In this document: positions 9,103 through 18,846 of the stretch, one piece after another | How the letters are laid out: the number at the start of each line of letters is the position of its first letter | Numbering within the stretch: position 1 is the first letter of the stretch | From: an uncultured Planctomycetota bacterium | GTDB taxonomy: Bacteria; Planctomycetota; PLA2; JAEUHO01 | Assembly (NCBI GenBank): GCA_963752285.1 | Contig: CAVVXN010000005.1 | Coordinates: forward strand, 2,048,001 to 2,112,000 | Length of the DNA stretch: 64,000 bases | Direction: 5' to 3' | The notes under the pieces: generated by a model | The model's database searches: none | Told to the model about the DNA's origin: nothing | Seen by the model: the letters and a program-made list of their open reading frames with translations, nothing else | Made by a program: the position numbers and the translations under genes

Positions 9103-10028
9103 CGCGGCGCGTACGAGAAGCTCTGGGTGAAGGTGACCTTGCCGTCGCCGACCCACTCGAAGCTCATGAGGTTCGAGCCCAGGTGGGTGAAGTGGACGTC
9201 GTTCCGCACGTTCTGGAGGAGCACGTAGACGGGCGGGAGCGACGAGAACGTGGCGTGGTGGCGCTTCACGAAGTACGGGTCTACCGGGACCCACCCGAGG
9301 TCGCCGAGGTAGACCTCCGCGAGGTCGTGCTCGGAGGTGTCTCCCGGTCCGACCGGAAGCGCGACGTGGCAGGTCCAGACGCGCGCCGGAAGGTGCGCGG
9401 CGCGACAGAGCGCGACGTACAGGTTGGTGAACTCGGTGCAGTCGCCCCGCCGCGCGACGAGAGCCCAGAGCGCGCCGTGGGGACGGCTGTCGTACCCGCC
9501 GGACGCGAGGTGATCGGTCACGAAATCGAGGACGCGACGCGCCGTGGCGGCCGGGTCCTTCCCCTCGAGGCCCTTCGCGGCCTCCTCGATCGCGGGATCG
9601 CACGCCTCGATCCACATCTCCTCGTCGAGGTCTCGTGCGAGGTCCTCGGGCCGCGCGATCCGCCGGGCGCCCGGGTGCGCGCGGACCCAGGAGAGACCGC
9701 CGGGGTAGAGCCGCACGTCCGAGACCACCCGCACCTCCACCGGATGGTCGAGCGGTGAAGCGAACGAGAACCACGCGTAGCGCATGCCGCCCGCGTCCCT
9801 CGTCTGCCGGGGCCTCGGCTCGTACTCGGTCGAGAGCACGTCCTGGCGACCGAGGACGTCGGTCGGGACCGCGGCCTTGACGCTCAGCCGGTCCACCGGG
9901 CCCGACGGCGTGAACGCGTACGCGAGCGTCGCGCGGACGACCACGCCGCCCTCGCTCCCGGCGCCGCTCGCCGGCCGATGCGCGCCGAGGGCGAACACGA
10001 GCGCGAGGACGATCGAGGTCCGGGTCAT
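9099..10028 (-). CDS. Secreted transglutaminase-like domain protein
   Basis: Signal peptide; GDCTEFTNLYVALCRAAHLPAR (Cys) and HDLAEVYL..LGWVPVDP (His/Asp). Confidence 0.87.
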   Translation of the reverse strand: MTRTSIVLALVFALGAHRPASGAGSEGGVVVRATLAYAFTPSGPVDRLSVKAAVPTDVLGRQDVLSTEYEPRPRQTRDAGGMRYAWFSFASPLDHPVEVRVVSDVRLYPGGLSWVRAHPGARRIARPEDLARDLDEEMWIEACDPAIEEAAKGLEGKDPAATARRVLDFVTDHLASGGYDSRPHGALWALVARRGDCTEFTNLYVALCRAAHLPARVWTCHVALPVGPGDTSEHDLAEVYLGDLGWVPVDPYFVKRHHATFSSLPPVYVLLQNVRNDVHFTHLGSNLMSFEWVGDGKVTFTQSFSYAPR

Positions 10029-10227
10029 CTGCCTCCGCCCGAGAGCGGGATGCTACGCGGCCGAACGGGCGGACGGGAGGAGGCCCCATCGCGCCCGACG
10101 GCGGTGGGGACCGCGCGTCGCCGAATCGAGCCCGACGCGGGCGCCCGGACCGGGCGATCGGCCGCGCGAGGCGCCTCCGGCCGGGCGCGCCGGGGTACAG
10201 TTGGGGATTCGGACGACGGAGCGTGGC

Positions 10228-11022
10228 GTGACCCCGAGAGAGACCCGTGCCGGGACGGTCGGCGTGTTGCTCGCGGGCGGCTCCGGGATGCGGATGCGCC
10301 CGTTGACGCTCCACACGAACAAGCACCTCATCCCCGTCCACATGCGGCCGATGATCGAGTACCCGCTCGGGACCCTGCTCTCGCTGGGGATCCGAGAGGT
10401 CCTCGTGATCACCGGACGCGAGCACATGGGCCGCGTCGTGGAGGTCCTGGGCAGCGGCCGCGCGTACGGCGACGGCGTGGACCTGACGTACAAGGTCCAG
10501 GACGAGGCCCAGGGCATCGCACACGCCCTGGGCCTCGCCGAGGCGTTCGCGGCGGGCCGTCGAGTCGCGGTCGTGCTGGGCGACAACGTCTTCGACGACG
10601 ACTCGATCGCGCCCGTCGCCCGCGCCTTCGCAAAGGCGGAGCCCCCTTTGGCGGTCAACTTCCTCGCGCGGGTCCCGAACCCGGGGGCCTACGGCGTCGC
10701 CGAGGTGGCCGACGGCCGGGTGAAGGCCATCGTCGAGAAGCCGGAGGTGCCGTCGTCCGATCTCGCGGTGACCGGTCTCTATCTCTACCCGCCGGACGTC
10801 TTCGAGCGCGTGCGCCGGCTCGAGCCCTCCGCGCGCGGCGAGCTCGAGATCACCGACGTGAACAACGCGTACGCCGCCGAGGGGCGCCTCCTCGGACACG
10901 AGGTCTCGCGCTGGTTCGACGCGGGCGAGCCGGAACCGTGGATGCGCGCGCAGGCGTGGGTCACGGCGAACCCCGCGCGCTTCGGGCCCGGACGGTTCCG
11001 GCTCGGGAACGGTGTCTCGTGA
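10228..11022 (+). CDS. rmlA: Glucose-1-phosphate thymidylyltransferase / sugar-phosphate nucleotidyltransferase
   Basis: LAGGSGMRMRPLT...NKHLIPV, EKP.VPSSDLAVTGLYLY, PSARGELEITDVN. Confidence 0.85.
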   Translation: MTPRETRAGTVGVLLAGGSGMRMRPLTLHTNKHLIPVHMRPMIEYPLGTLLSLGIREVLVITGREHMGRVVEVLGSGRAYGDGVDLTYKVQDEAQGIAHALGLAEAFAAGRRVAVVLGDNVFDDDSIAPVARAFAKAEPPLAVNFLARVPNPGAYGVAEVADGRVKAIVEKPEVPSSDLAVTGLYLYPPDVFERVRRLEPSARGELEITDVNNAYAAEGRLLGHEVSRWFDAGEPEPWMRAQAWVTANPARFGPGRFRLGNGVS

Positions 11023-11858
11023 GCCGGCGCGTCCTGATCTTCGGACACGGCTGGCTCGGGAGCACGTGGTCCGGACGACTCCCCGACGTGGTCGTCACCG
11101 ACGCCGACATCGCCGACGCGCACGCCGTCGAAGAGGCGTTCGACGCGGTCCGCCCCGATCGCGTGGTGAACGCCGCGGGCAAGACGGGACACCCCAACGT
11201 GGACGCGCTCGAGGGCGAGCCGGCCCTCGCCTACCGGAGCAACGTGATCGGCCCGCTCGTGCTCGCGACGTCGTGCCGGCGCCGCGGCATCCACATGACG
11301 CACCTGTCGAGCGGCTGCGTGTACACCGGCGACAACGAGGGAAGGGGCTACGGGGAGGAGGACCCCCCGAACTTCTCCGGCAGCCTCTACGCGAGGACCA
11401 AGATCCTCGCCGAGCGCGCGCTTCGTGACTTCGGGGTGCTCCAGCTGCGGGTGCGCATGCCTCTCTCGTCGTTCCCCCACGCGAGGAACCTCCTCACGAA
11501 GCTGCTCGGGTACGAGCGGACCGTGAGCATCCCGAACAGCGTCACGGTGCTCGAGGACGCGTGGCCGGTCGCCGAGGCGTTGATGGAGCAGGGCCGCACG
11601 GGCGTGTGGAACCTCGTGAACGACGGCGTCGAGCGCCACGACGAGCTGCTGCACCTGTGGCGCGAGCGCGTGGAGCCCGAACGCCGCGTGGAGGTCGTCC
11701 CCGAGGCGGCGCTCGGCCTCAAGGCCGGACGGTCGAACTGCGTGCTCTCGACCGCGAAGCTGCACGCCGCGGGCCTCGCGCTCCGTCCGCTCTCGGAGAG
11801 CCTGCCCGAGCTCGTGGACGCCTACGCGCGCCACCTCGAGGGCAGCCCCCGTCTCTGA
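11019..11858 (+). CDS. NDP-4-keto-6-deoxyglucose epimerase/reductase, NRS/ER-like (RmlD superfamily)
   Basis: GHGWLG, AAGKTGHPNVD, SGCVY, EEDPPNFSGSLYARTK, LRVRMP, RNLLTKL, PNSVTVL; GTGA overlap with rmlA. Confidence 0.8.
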   Translation: MSRRVLIFGHGWLGSTWSGRLPDVVVTDADIADAHAVEEAFDAVRPDRVVNAAGKTGHPNVDALEGEPALAYRSNVIGPLVLATSCRRRGIHMTHLSSGCVYTGDNEGRGYGEEDPPNFSGSLYARTKILAERALRDFGVLQLRVRMPLSSFPHARNLLTKLLGYERTVSIPNSVTVLEDAWPVAEALMEQGRTGVWNLVNDGVERHDELLHLWRERVEPERRVEVVPEAALGLKAGRSNCVLSTAKLHAAGLALRPLSESLPELVDAYARHLEGSPRL

Positions 11859-11957
11859 CCCCGCGCGGGACGGAGCGCCGGAGCGCCGCGGCCCGGTCGC
11901 GCTTTGACTCGGGCTCGCGGCAGGGCTACGTTCCCCCGTTCTTCCCCGGAACCCACC

Positions 11958-14900
11958 ATGCCCCGAGCGCTCGCCACGACGTACGAACCCGGACCGACCC
12001 AGTCGAGCGTGATGCGCCGCTGGGTCGAGGCCGACGCGTTCGCCGCCGTCCCCGACGGACGCGGACCGGACGAGCGCTACGTCATCATGATGCCCCTGCC
12101 GAACGTCACGGGCGCGCTCCACATGGGGCACGCCATGGACAACGTGATGCAGGACCTCCTGATCCGCTGGCGGCGGATGCAGGGGCGAAACGTGCTCTGG
12201 CAGCCGGGCACCGACCACGCCGGCATCGGGACCCAGGCCGTGGTCGAGAAGCGCCTCCTCGAGCTCGAGGGGAAGACGCGCCACGACATCGGCCGGGACG
12301 CGCTCGTGGAGCGGATCCTGGCCTGGAAGGACGAGTACCAGCAGCGGATCGTCCGGCAGCAGCAGGAGATGGGCTGCTCCGCCGACTGGAAGCGCCAACG
12401 ATTCACCATGGACCCCGTGTGCACGCGGGCCGTGCGCGAGGCGTTCTTCCGTCTGTTCCAGGACGGCCTCGTCACGCTCGGCGACCGGCTCGTCAACTGG
12501 GACTGTCTCCTCCAGACCGCCGTCTCCGACGACGAGGTCTATCACGAGACGGTGCAGGGCCACTTCTGGCATCTCCGCTACCCCGTGATCGACCCGAAGC
12601 CGGGCGAACCGACGCACGTGACCGTGGCGACGACCCGTCCCGAGACGATGCTCGGCGACACCGCCGTCGCGTGCCATCCCGACCCGGAGCGGGCGCTCGA
12701 GACGGCGATCGAAGCCGCGCGCGCGGCCGCGCTCGCCGCGCCGTCGAAGGAGCGCGCCGAGAAGCAGGCCGAGCTCGAGCGCCTCGAGGCGCGGCGCGAG
12801 ACCCACCTCCCCACGCTCCTGCGTCTCGTCGAGATGGCGAAGGACGGGCGGCACGTGATGCTCCCGCTCCTCGACCGCGCGATCCCGCTGATCCTCGACG
12901 CGTGGGCGAAGCCCGAGCTCGGCTCGGGTTGCGTCAAGATCACGCCGGCGCACGACCCGAACGACCACGCGGTGTGGGAGCGCCACCGGGACCAGATCGG
13001 CCGGATCAACATCCTGAACCCCGACGGGACGCTCGACGCGGAGGCAGGGCCGTACGCCGGCATGGACCGCTTCGAGGCGAGAGACGCCGTGGTGTCGGAC
13101 CTCGAGAAGGAGGGCCTCCTCGAGGCCGTCGAGGACCGCGAGGTCGAGGTGGGCCACAGCGAGCGCTCGCGGAGCCCGATCGAACCGTACCTCTCGAAGC
13201 AGTGGTTCGTGCGCATGGGCGACGTCGAGGGCGGCGTGGTGTTCGGGCGCGGCACGCCGAACGAGTTCAGAGCCGCCGGCCTCGCAGAGATCGCGAGCGA
13301 CGCGGCCTTGGGCTCGTGGACCTCACCGACGGGCCGCGCGCTCGCCTTCCACCCCGCGCGGTACCTGGGGCCCTACGCGAGCTGGCTCTCCGAGAAGCGC
13401 GACTGGTGCATCAGCCGCCAGCTCTGGTGGGGCCACCGGATCCCGGTGTGGTCCCGAACCCTCGAGACGCGAGCGCAGACGCTCGGCGTCCTCGCCGAGA
13501 TCCCCCACGCCGACGGGGACGGGCTCGCGACGTGGATCGTGGACGCGTCGGGCACCGCGCGGGGCCCCACCGAGGCGCACGGCCTCCCGTCCGACGGCCC
13601 GTTCACGATCCAGGTCTGCCTCCGCGGCAGCGAGGCCGACCGCGCCTACGCCGCGCGGATCGAGGCGGCGGGCCTCGCCCAGGATCCGGACGTGCTCGAC
13701 ACGTGGTTCTCGTCGGCGTGCTGGCCCTTCAGCACCCTCGGGTGGCCCGACCCCGAGACCGCGCCCGTCGAACCCGGTCAGCGCGCCCTCGGCGCGTCGA
13801 AGGACGGTCCCGACTCGTTCGCGTTCTACTACCCCGGCTCCTGCCTGGTGACGGGACGCGACATCATCACGCTCTGGGTCGCGCGAATGCTCGTGTTCGG
13901 GCTCTACCTCCACGGCGACGTGCCCTTCACCGACTGCTTCGTCCACGCCAACATCCTCGACGGCAAGGGCGTGCGCATGTCGAAGAGCCGCGGGAACGGC
14001 ATCGACCCCGTGGACATCATCGAGGGCTACGGGGCCGACGCGATGCGCTATCTCCTCGCCGATCTCGAGACGGGGAACCAGGACGTGCGCCTGCCCGTGC
14101 AGGCGCGGTGCCCGTCGTGCGAGGCGCTGGTCGAGCTCGCCGAGGCGCGCCACGGGAAGACGATCTTCACGTACCTCTGCACCGCGTGCAGCGCGGAGTT
14201 CGACGTGCTCGGCACGATGTCCGACGTGCCGCCGGCGACCATCACCAGCGATCGCTTCGAGGCCGGGCGGAACTTCTGCAACAAGCTCTGGAACGCCGCG
14301 CGCTTCGTGTTCCTGAACCTCGGGGAGCGGCTCGAGCACCGCCCCCTCGCCCCCGAGGACCTCGCGCCCGAGGACCGCTGGATCCTCTCGCGCCTCGCGC
14401 GCGCCGTCGGTCGCGTGACCGAGGGCCTCGAGGCGTACGCGCCCTCCACCGCCATCGGCGCCGCGCGCGACTTCTTCTGGAACGAGCTCTGCGACTGGTA
14501 CCTGGAGCTCGTGAAGCCCCGCCTGAAGCCCGAGGCCGCGGGCGGGACGGCGCGCCAGGTGCTCGGGTTCGTGCTCGACCAGGTGCTCCGGCTGCTCCAC
14601 CCCTTCGTCCCGTTCATCACGGAGTCCCTGTGGGAGCACCTCGGGGAGATCGCGCCGGCCCGCGGGATCGAGCGCGCGATCGAGGTGCCCTCGCTCCTGA
14701 TCCACGCGCCCTGGCCGTCGCCGCGTACGACCGACCTCGACGAGGCCCTCGAGGCCGAGATCGACCGGCTCCAGGGCACGATCCGCCGCCTTCGCGACCT
14801 TCGCGCGCGCTACGCCGTGCCGCCGCGGAAGGACCTCCCCGTCGCGATCCGCGCGCCGGCCGCTCTCTCGGAGACGCTCGGCCGCCAGGCGCACCTGCTC

Positions 14901-15209
14901 CGGGACCAGGCGCGGATCTCCGAGCTCCGCCTCGGCCCCGACGCCGAGCCCCCGGCGAACGCGGCCACGCAGGTCTTCGAGGAGATGGAGATCTTCCTCG
15001 GCGGCGTGCTCGACCCCGAGAAGGAGCGCGCCCGCCTCGGGAAGGAACGCGCCAAGCTCTTGGAGCGGATCCAGGGCGGCGAGAAGCGCCTCCAGAACCC
15101 GGGCTTCGTCGAACGCGCGCCCGCCAAGGTGGTCGAGGCCGAGCGGACGCGTCTCGAGGACCTCCGCCGGGAGCTCGAGCTCCTCGAGCGAAACCTCGCC
15201 GCCCTCTGA
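11958..15209 (+). CDS. valS: Valine--tRNA ligase
   Basis: PNVTGALHMGH (HIGH), ATTRPETMLGDTAVA, DWCISRQLWWGHRIP, DVLDTWFSS, RMSKS, C-terminal coiled coil. Confidence 0.98.
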   Translation: MPRALATTYEPGPTQSSVMRRWVEADAFAAVPDGRGPDERYVIMMPLPNVTGALHMGHAMDNVMQDLLIRWRRMQGRNVLWQPGTDHAGIGTQAVVEKRLLELEGKTRHDIGRDALVERILAWKDEYQQRIVRQQQEMGCSADWKRQRFTMDPVCTRAVREAFFRLFQDGLVTLGDRLVNWDCLLQTAVSDDEVYHETVQGHFWHLRYPVIDPKPGEPTHVTVATTRPETMLGDTAVACHPDPERALETAIEAARAAALAAPSKERAEKQAELERLEARRETHLPTLLRLVEMAKDGRHVMLPLLDRAIPLILDAWAKPELGSGCVKITPAHDPNDHAVWERHRDQIGRINILNPDGTLDAEAGPYAGMDRFEARDAVVSDLEKEGLLEAVEDREVEVGHSERSRSPIEPYLSKQWFVRMGDVEGGVVFGRGTPNEFRAAGLAEIASDAALGSWTSPTGRALAFHPARYLGPYASWLSEKRDWCISRQLWWGHRIPVWSRTLETRAQTLGVLAEIPHADGDGLATWIVDASGTARGPTEAHGLPSDGPFTIQVCLRGSEADRAYAARIEAAGLAQDPDVLDTWFSSACWPFSTLGWPDPETAPVEPGQRALGASKDGPDSFAFYYPGSCLVTGRDIITLWVARMLVFGLYLHGDVPFTDCFVHANILDGKGVRMSKSRGNGIDPVDIIEGYGADAMRYLLADLETGNQDVRLPVQARCPSCEALVELAEARHGKTIFTYLCTACSAEFDVLGTMSDVPPATITSDRFEAGRNFCNKLWNAARFVFLNLGERLEHRPLAPEDLAPEDRWILSRLARAVGRVTEGLEAYAPSTAIGAARDFFWNELCDWYLELVKPRLKPEAAGGTARQVLGFVLDQVLRLLHPFVPFITESLWEHLGEIAPARGIERAIEVPSLLIHAPWPSPRTTDLDEALEAEIDRLQGTIRRLRDLRARYAVPPRKDLPVAIRAPAALSETLGRQAHLLRDQARISELRLGPDAEPPANAATQVFEEMEIFLGGVLDPEKERARLGKERAKLLERIQGGEKRLQNPGFVERAPAKVVEAERTRLEDLRRELELLERNLAAL

Positions 15210-15254
15210 GGGAGGCCGCCAGCTACGGAGGCGCGCACGATCCACCACGCTTCG

Positions 15255-17556
15255 ATGACGCCGCGCCACCCGCGCCCCCGTCCGAGGTCCTTCCTCGTTC
15301 CTTGCGCCCGCGCGGTCGGCCTCGTCCTCCTGGTCCTCGCCGCCGCGCGCGCCGACGACGGTTCGCCGCCCCTCGTACCCGCCCACGACGCGATGGCCGT
15401 CGAGGGCGTCGTCCGGCTCGCGCCGGGGGACCACACCGTCACGGAGCGCGACGGCCGGGGGGTCCTTCGGATCACGAAGGACCACACCGTGCTCGACCTC
15501 GGCGGCGCGACCCTTTGCGGCGCGCCGAAGGACACGCGCCCCGACGCCCTCACCGGAGTCGGGATCCTCGTGGACGGCGCGAAGGGCGTGATCGTCAGAA
15601 ACGGCCGGGTCTCGGGCTTCCGGGTGGGCGTCCGGGCGGTGGACGCCACGGACCTCCTCCTGGAGGACGTGGACGCCTCCGGGTGCTTCCGCCAGCACCT
15701 CGCGAGCACACCCGAGGAGGAAGACGAGTCCGACTGGCTCTGGCCCCACCACGACGACGAGGGCGAGTGGGAGACTACGTACGGCGCGGGTTTCTCGCTC
15801 ACCGGCGTGCGAGCGGGCGACCGTCCGGCGCTGCCGCGTGCGCCGCGGACAGAACGGGCTCCTCCTCACCCGCTGCCGGGGCTGCGCGGCCTACGACGAC
15901 GACTTCTCCTTCCTCTCGGGCTGGGGCGTCGCGCTTTGGCGGTCCTCGCGCTGCGAGGTCTCGCACGACCGGCTCGACTTCTGCGTCCGCGGCTACAGCG
16001 ACGGCGTGTACGCGCGCGGGCAGGACTCGGCCGCGATCCTCGTGTTCGAGCAGAGCTCGAACAACCTGTTCGCGAGGAACTCGGCCACCCACTCGGGCGA
16101 CGGCTTCTTCCTCTACGCCGGCCACGAGACGACCCAGCGCACGGGCCGCGGCGGCTCGAACGACAACGTCGTCGTCGGGAACGACTTCCGCTTCGCGGTC
16201 GCCAACGGCATCGAGGCGACGTTCAGCTCGGGGAACGTCTTCGACGGGAACGACGGCTCGGGCTCGGACTACGGGATCTGGGCGGGGTACTCCCGCGACT
16301 CGAGGTTTACGCGAAACGTGCTCCGCGACTGCCGGACGGCCGGGGTCGCGATCGAGCACGGAAACGGCAACATGATCGCCGAGAACGACATGGCGGGCGC
16401 GCGATACGGCGTGCGCCTCTGGTGGGACGACGACCCCGACCTCGTCGGCGGCGTCTACGGGCAGCACCAGGACACGTCTTCGGGGCGAAACGTCCTCCTC
16501 GCGAACCAGATCGCCGCGACCGACGCCGCCGTCTCGCTCGAGAGCGACGTCGGAACGCGCCTCCTCGGGAACCGGTTCCCCGGTCCGGCGACGCAGATCC
16601 GCCTCGCCGGGACCACCACGCTCTCGGACGTCCTCTGGGGCGAGGTCTCGGGCGATCTCGTGGTCGAGAACCGGACGGGCCACGCGGTCCGGCTCGCGAG
16701 TCCCGACCTCGCGCCGGGGCGCGTGCGGACGGAAGGGGACCCCGTGTCGTTCGTGGCCCTCGCGTCGCCCGGTTCGGCGCCGCCCGTCCCGCCGCCCCCG
16801 ACGCCGTCCGTCCGCGGCACGCTCGACACCCAGCTCCCTGCGGACCTCCCGGCCGGCCGCGCCTCGATGCGGATCGACGCGTGGGGCCCCGTGGACCCGC
16901 GCGAGACGCGGCTCTTCCCCACGCACGTCTCGGCCCCGGGCCCCGAAGCGCGTCTCCACCTCCTCGGCGCGAAGTCGTTCCGGGTGGTCGAGACGAGCCC
17001 GGGCGTCTCGGTCGAGCCGAGGGAGGGCACGGCGCCGGCGACGATCGTGGTCCGCGCGTCGGGCGACGGGCCGAGCCTGCGGCCGTTTCGCGTGGTCGTC
17101 GCGTCGGCCAGCGCGAGGTACACGAGCGAGGGGACGCTCCTCGTCCTTCCGTGGGACGTCCGCTTCTTCACCTGGGACGACGCGACGGACCCGCTCGCGC
17201 ACCCCGACGCCTTCGCGGCGCTCCTCCGATCGGACGCGCCGCGCGAGGTCCACTTGGACGCGCTCGACTTCCCGTGGCGCGCGGGCGGCCCGGAGGGCGT
17301 CGCGACCGACCGCTTCGCGACGCGCGCGGAGGCGACGGCGACGCTCCCCGCGGGCCGCTACCGCCTGCGGGTGGTCTCGGACGACGGCGTCCGCGCGTAC
17401 GTGGACGAGAAGAAGGTGATCGAGCGCTGGGACCGCCACGGCCCGACGGAGGACACGGCCGACCTCGACCTCGCGGCGGGCGCGCACGCGATCCGCATCG
17501 AGCACTTCGAGATCGACGGCTGGTCGTGGCTCTCGGCCCGCCTCGAACCCCGTTGA
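15255..17556 (+). pseudogene. Secreted right-handed beta-helix (NosD/pectin-lyase-like) + PA14 domain protein, split by one frameshift near 15810
   Basis: The first frame gives a signal peptide and beta-helix start up to YGAGFSLTGV. The next frame resumes TVRRCRVRRGQNGLL...GQDSAAIL...NSATHSGDGFF and ends in a PA14-like region (SDDGVRAYVD..VIERWDRH). May be an assembly error. Confidence 0.75.
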
Positions 17557-17575
17557 GCGGGCGATCGGGGGACCG

Positions 17576-18685
17576 TCAGCGCGGCGCCACGAGGATCGCG
17601 TCGATCGGGGCCTGACCTCGGCGGACGCGGATCTCGTAGCGCCGGCCGGGGTGCGAGGCCTGGAACGCGAGCTCGACGTCGTCCAGCGCCTCCGTCGGGA
17701 GCCGGTCGATCTCGAGGAGCAGGTCGCCCGCGCGAAGCCCCGCGCGGTCCGCGGCCGAGCCGGGCGCGACCGCCTGCACCAGGAGCCGCCGACCGTCGTC
17801 CTCGACCGAGAGCCCGATGTCCTGGAGGCGGAGCGGGACGACGGCGAGATCCTCTCCCTCCTCGCCGACGGGCGATCCAGGCGATGGTTCCGCGGGCGCG
17901 CACGCCGCCACGGGCGGTCGCACCGGGGCGGGGCGCTCGGGCGTCGGCGGAGGCAACGGATTCCGCGGGGCCGCGCCTCCGAGCGCCCGACGGAGCAGCG
18001 CGCCCACGTCGTCGGCGGGGATCGCGAAGGCGATCCCGTTCGCGCTCGGGAGGATCGACGTGTTGATCCCGATCAGCTCGCCGTCCAAGTTGAGGAGCGG
18101 ACCGCCGGAGTTCCCCGAGTTGATCGAGGCGTCGGTCTGGATCAGGTTCGCGATCGTGCCGCCGCTCGCGACCTTCGCCGAGCGCCGCACCGCCGACACG
18201 ACCCCGACCGTGATCGAGTCGCCGAGGCCGCGAGGGTTCCCGATCGCGATCGCGCTCTCGCCGAGGATGACGTCTCCCGTGGGCGCGAGCGATACGTAGG
18301 GCCACGTGCGACGTCCCTCGACCTGGAGCACGGCCAGGTCGCCGCGCGGGTCGTCGGCGATCAGGCGCGCCCGGACGACCTCGCGCGAGCGGAACGGCAC
18401 GACCGTGATGCGGTCCGCGCCCCGGATCACGTGCGAGTTCGTCACGACGAACCCCGCGGGGTTGACGATCACGCCAGATCCCGCGCTCCGGGTGCGCGCC
18501 TGGGTCCGCCAGGCGTTCACGCTGACCATCGCGGGCGCCGCGTGGTCCACGGCCTCCACGACCGCCGTCCGGCGCCGTTCGGCCAGCCGGGCCGAGGCCG
18601 ACGCCTGGCCCCACTGGAACGCGCCGACGACGAGCACGGCCGCGAGGACGAGGAAGGCTCCGATCGGCTCGGCGCGTCTTCGCAT
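17576..18685 (-). CDS. HtrA/DegS-like trypsin serine protease with a PDZ domain
   Basis: GSGVIV..VVTNSHVI, GDLAVL, IQTDASINSGNSGGPL; PDZ region VAPGSAADRAGLRAGDLL. Confidence 0.93.
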   Translation of the reverse strand: MRRRAEPIGAFLVLAAVLVVGAFQWGQASASARLAERRRTAVVEAVDHAAPAMVSVNAWRTQARTRSAGSGVIVNPAGFVVTNSHVIRGADRITVVPFRSREVVRARLIADDPRGDLAVLQVEGRRTWPYVSLAPTGDVILGESAIAIGNPRGLGDSITVGVVSAVRRSAKVASGGTIANLIQTDASINSGNSGGPLLNLDGELIGINTSILPSANGIAFAIPADDVGALLRRALGGAAPRNPLPPPTPERPAPVRPPVAACAPAEPSPGSPVGEEGEDLAVVPLRLQDIGLSVEDDGRRLLVQAVAPGSAADRAGLRAGDLLLEIDRLPTEALDDVELAFQASHPGRRYEIRVRRGQAPIDAILVAPR

Positions 18686-18846
18686 GACGTCTCCCGGGGG
18701 ACGGAAAGGAGCCTCCCCGCTTCGGGAATCGGTCGGATCCCGCCTCGGGTAAAGGGCGCGGGCCCGACGTCCCGCCCGACCCGGGTCGCCGTACACTCCC
18801 GTCCCCGGGGCCCGACGAGAGACCCCCGCCGAGACCGGAGGGCCCC

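Noticed and set aside
7885..10899. Long apparent fusions in the ORF track (also 42963..45086, 43877..46957, 50322..54059, 56413..58407, 61275..63512)
   Set aside because: Only the 3' parts are protein-like; true starts are internal, often at ATGA/GTGA overlaps.
15800..15830. Programmed ribosomal frameshift
   Set aside because: No slippery heptamer or homopolymer run at the switch point.
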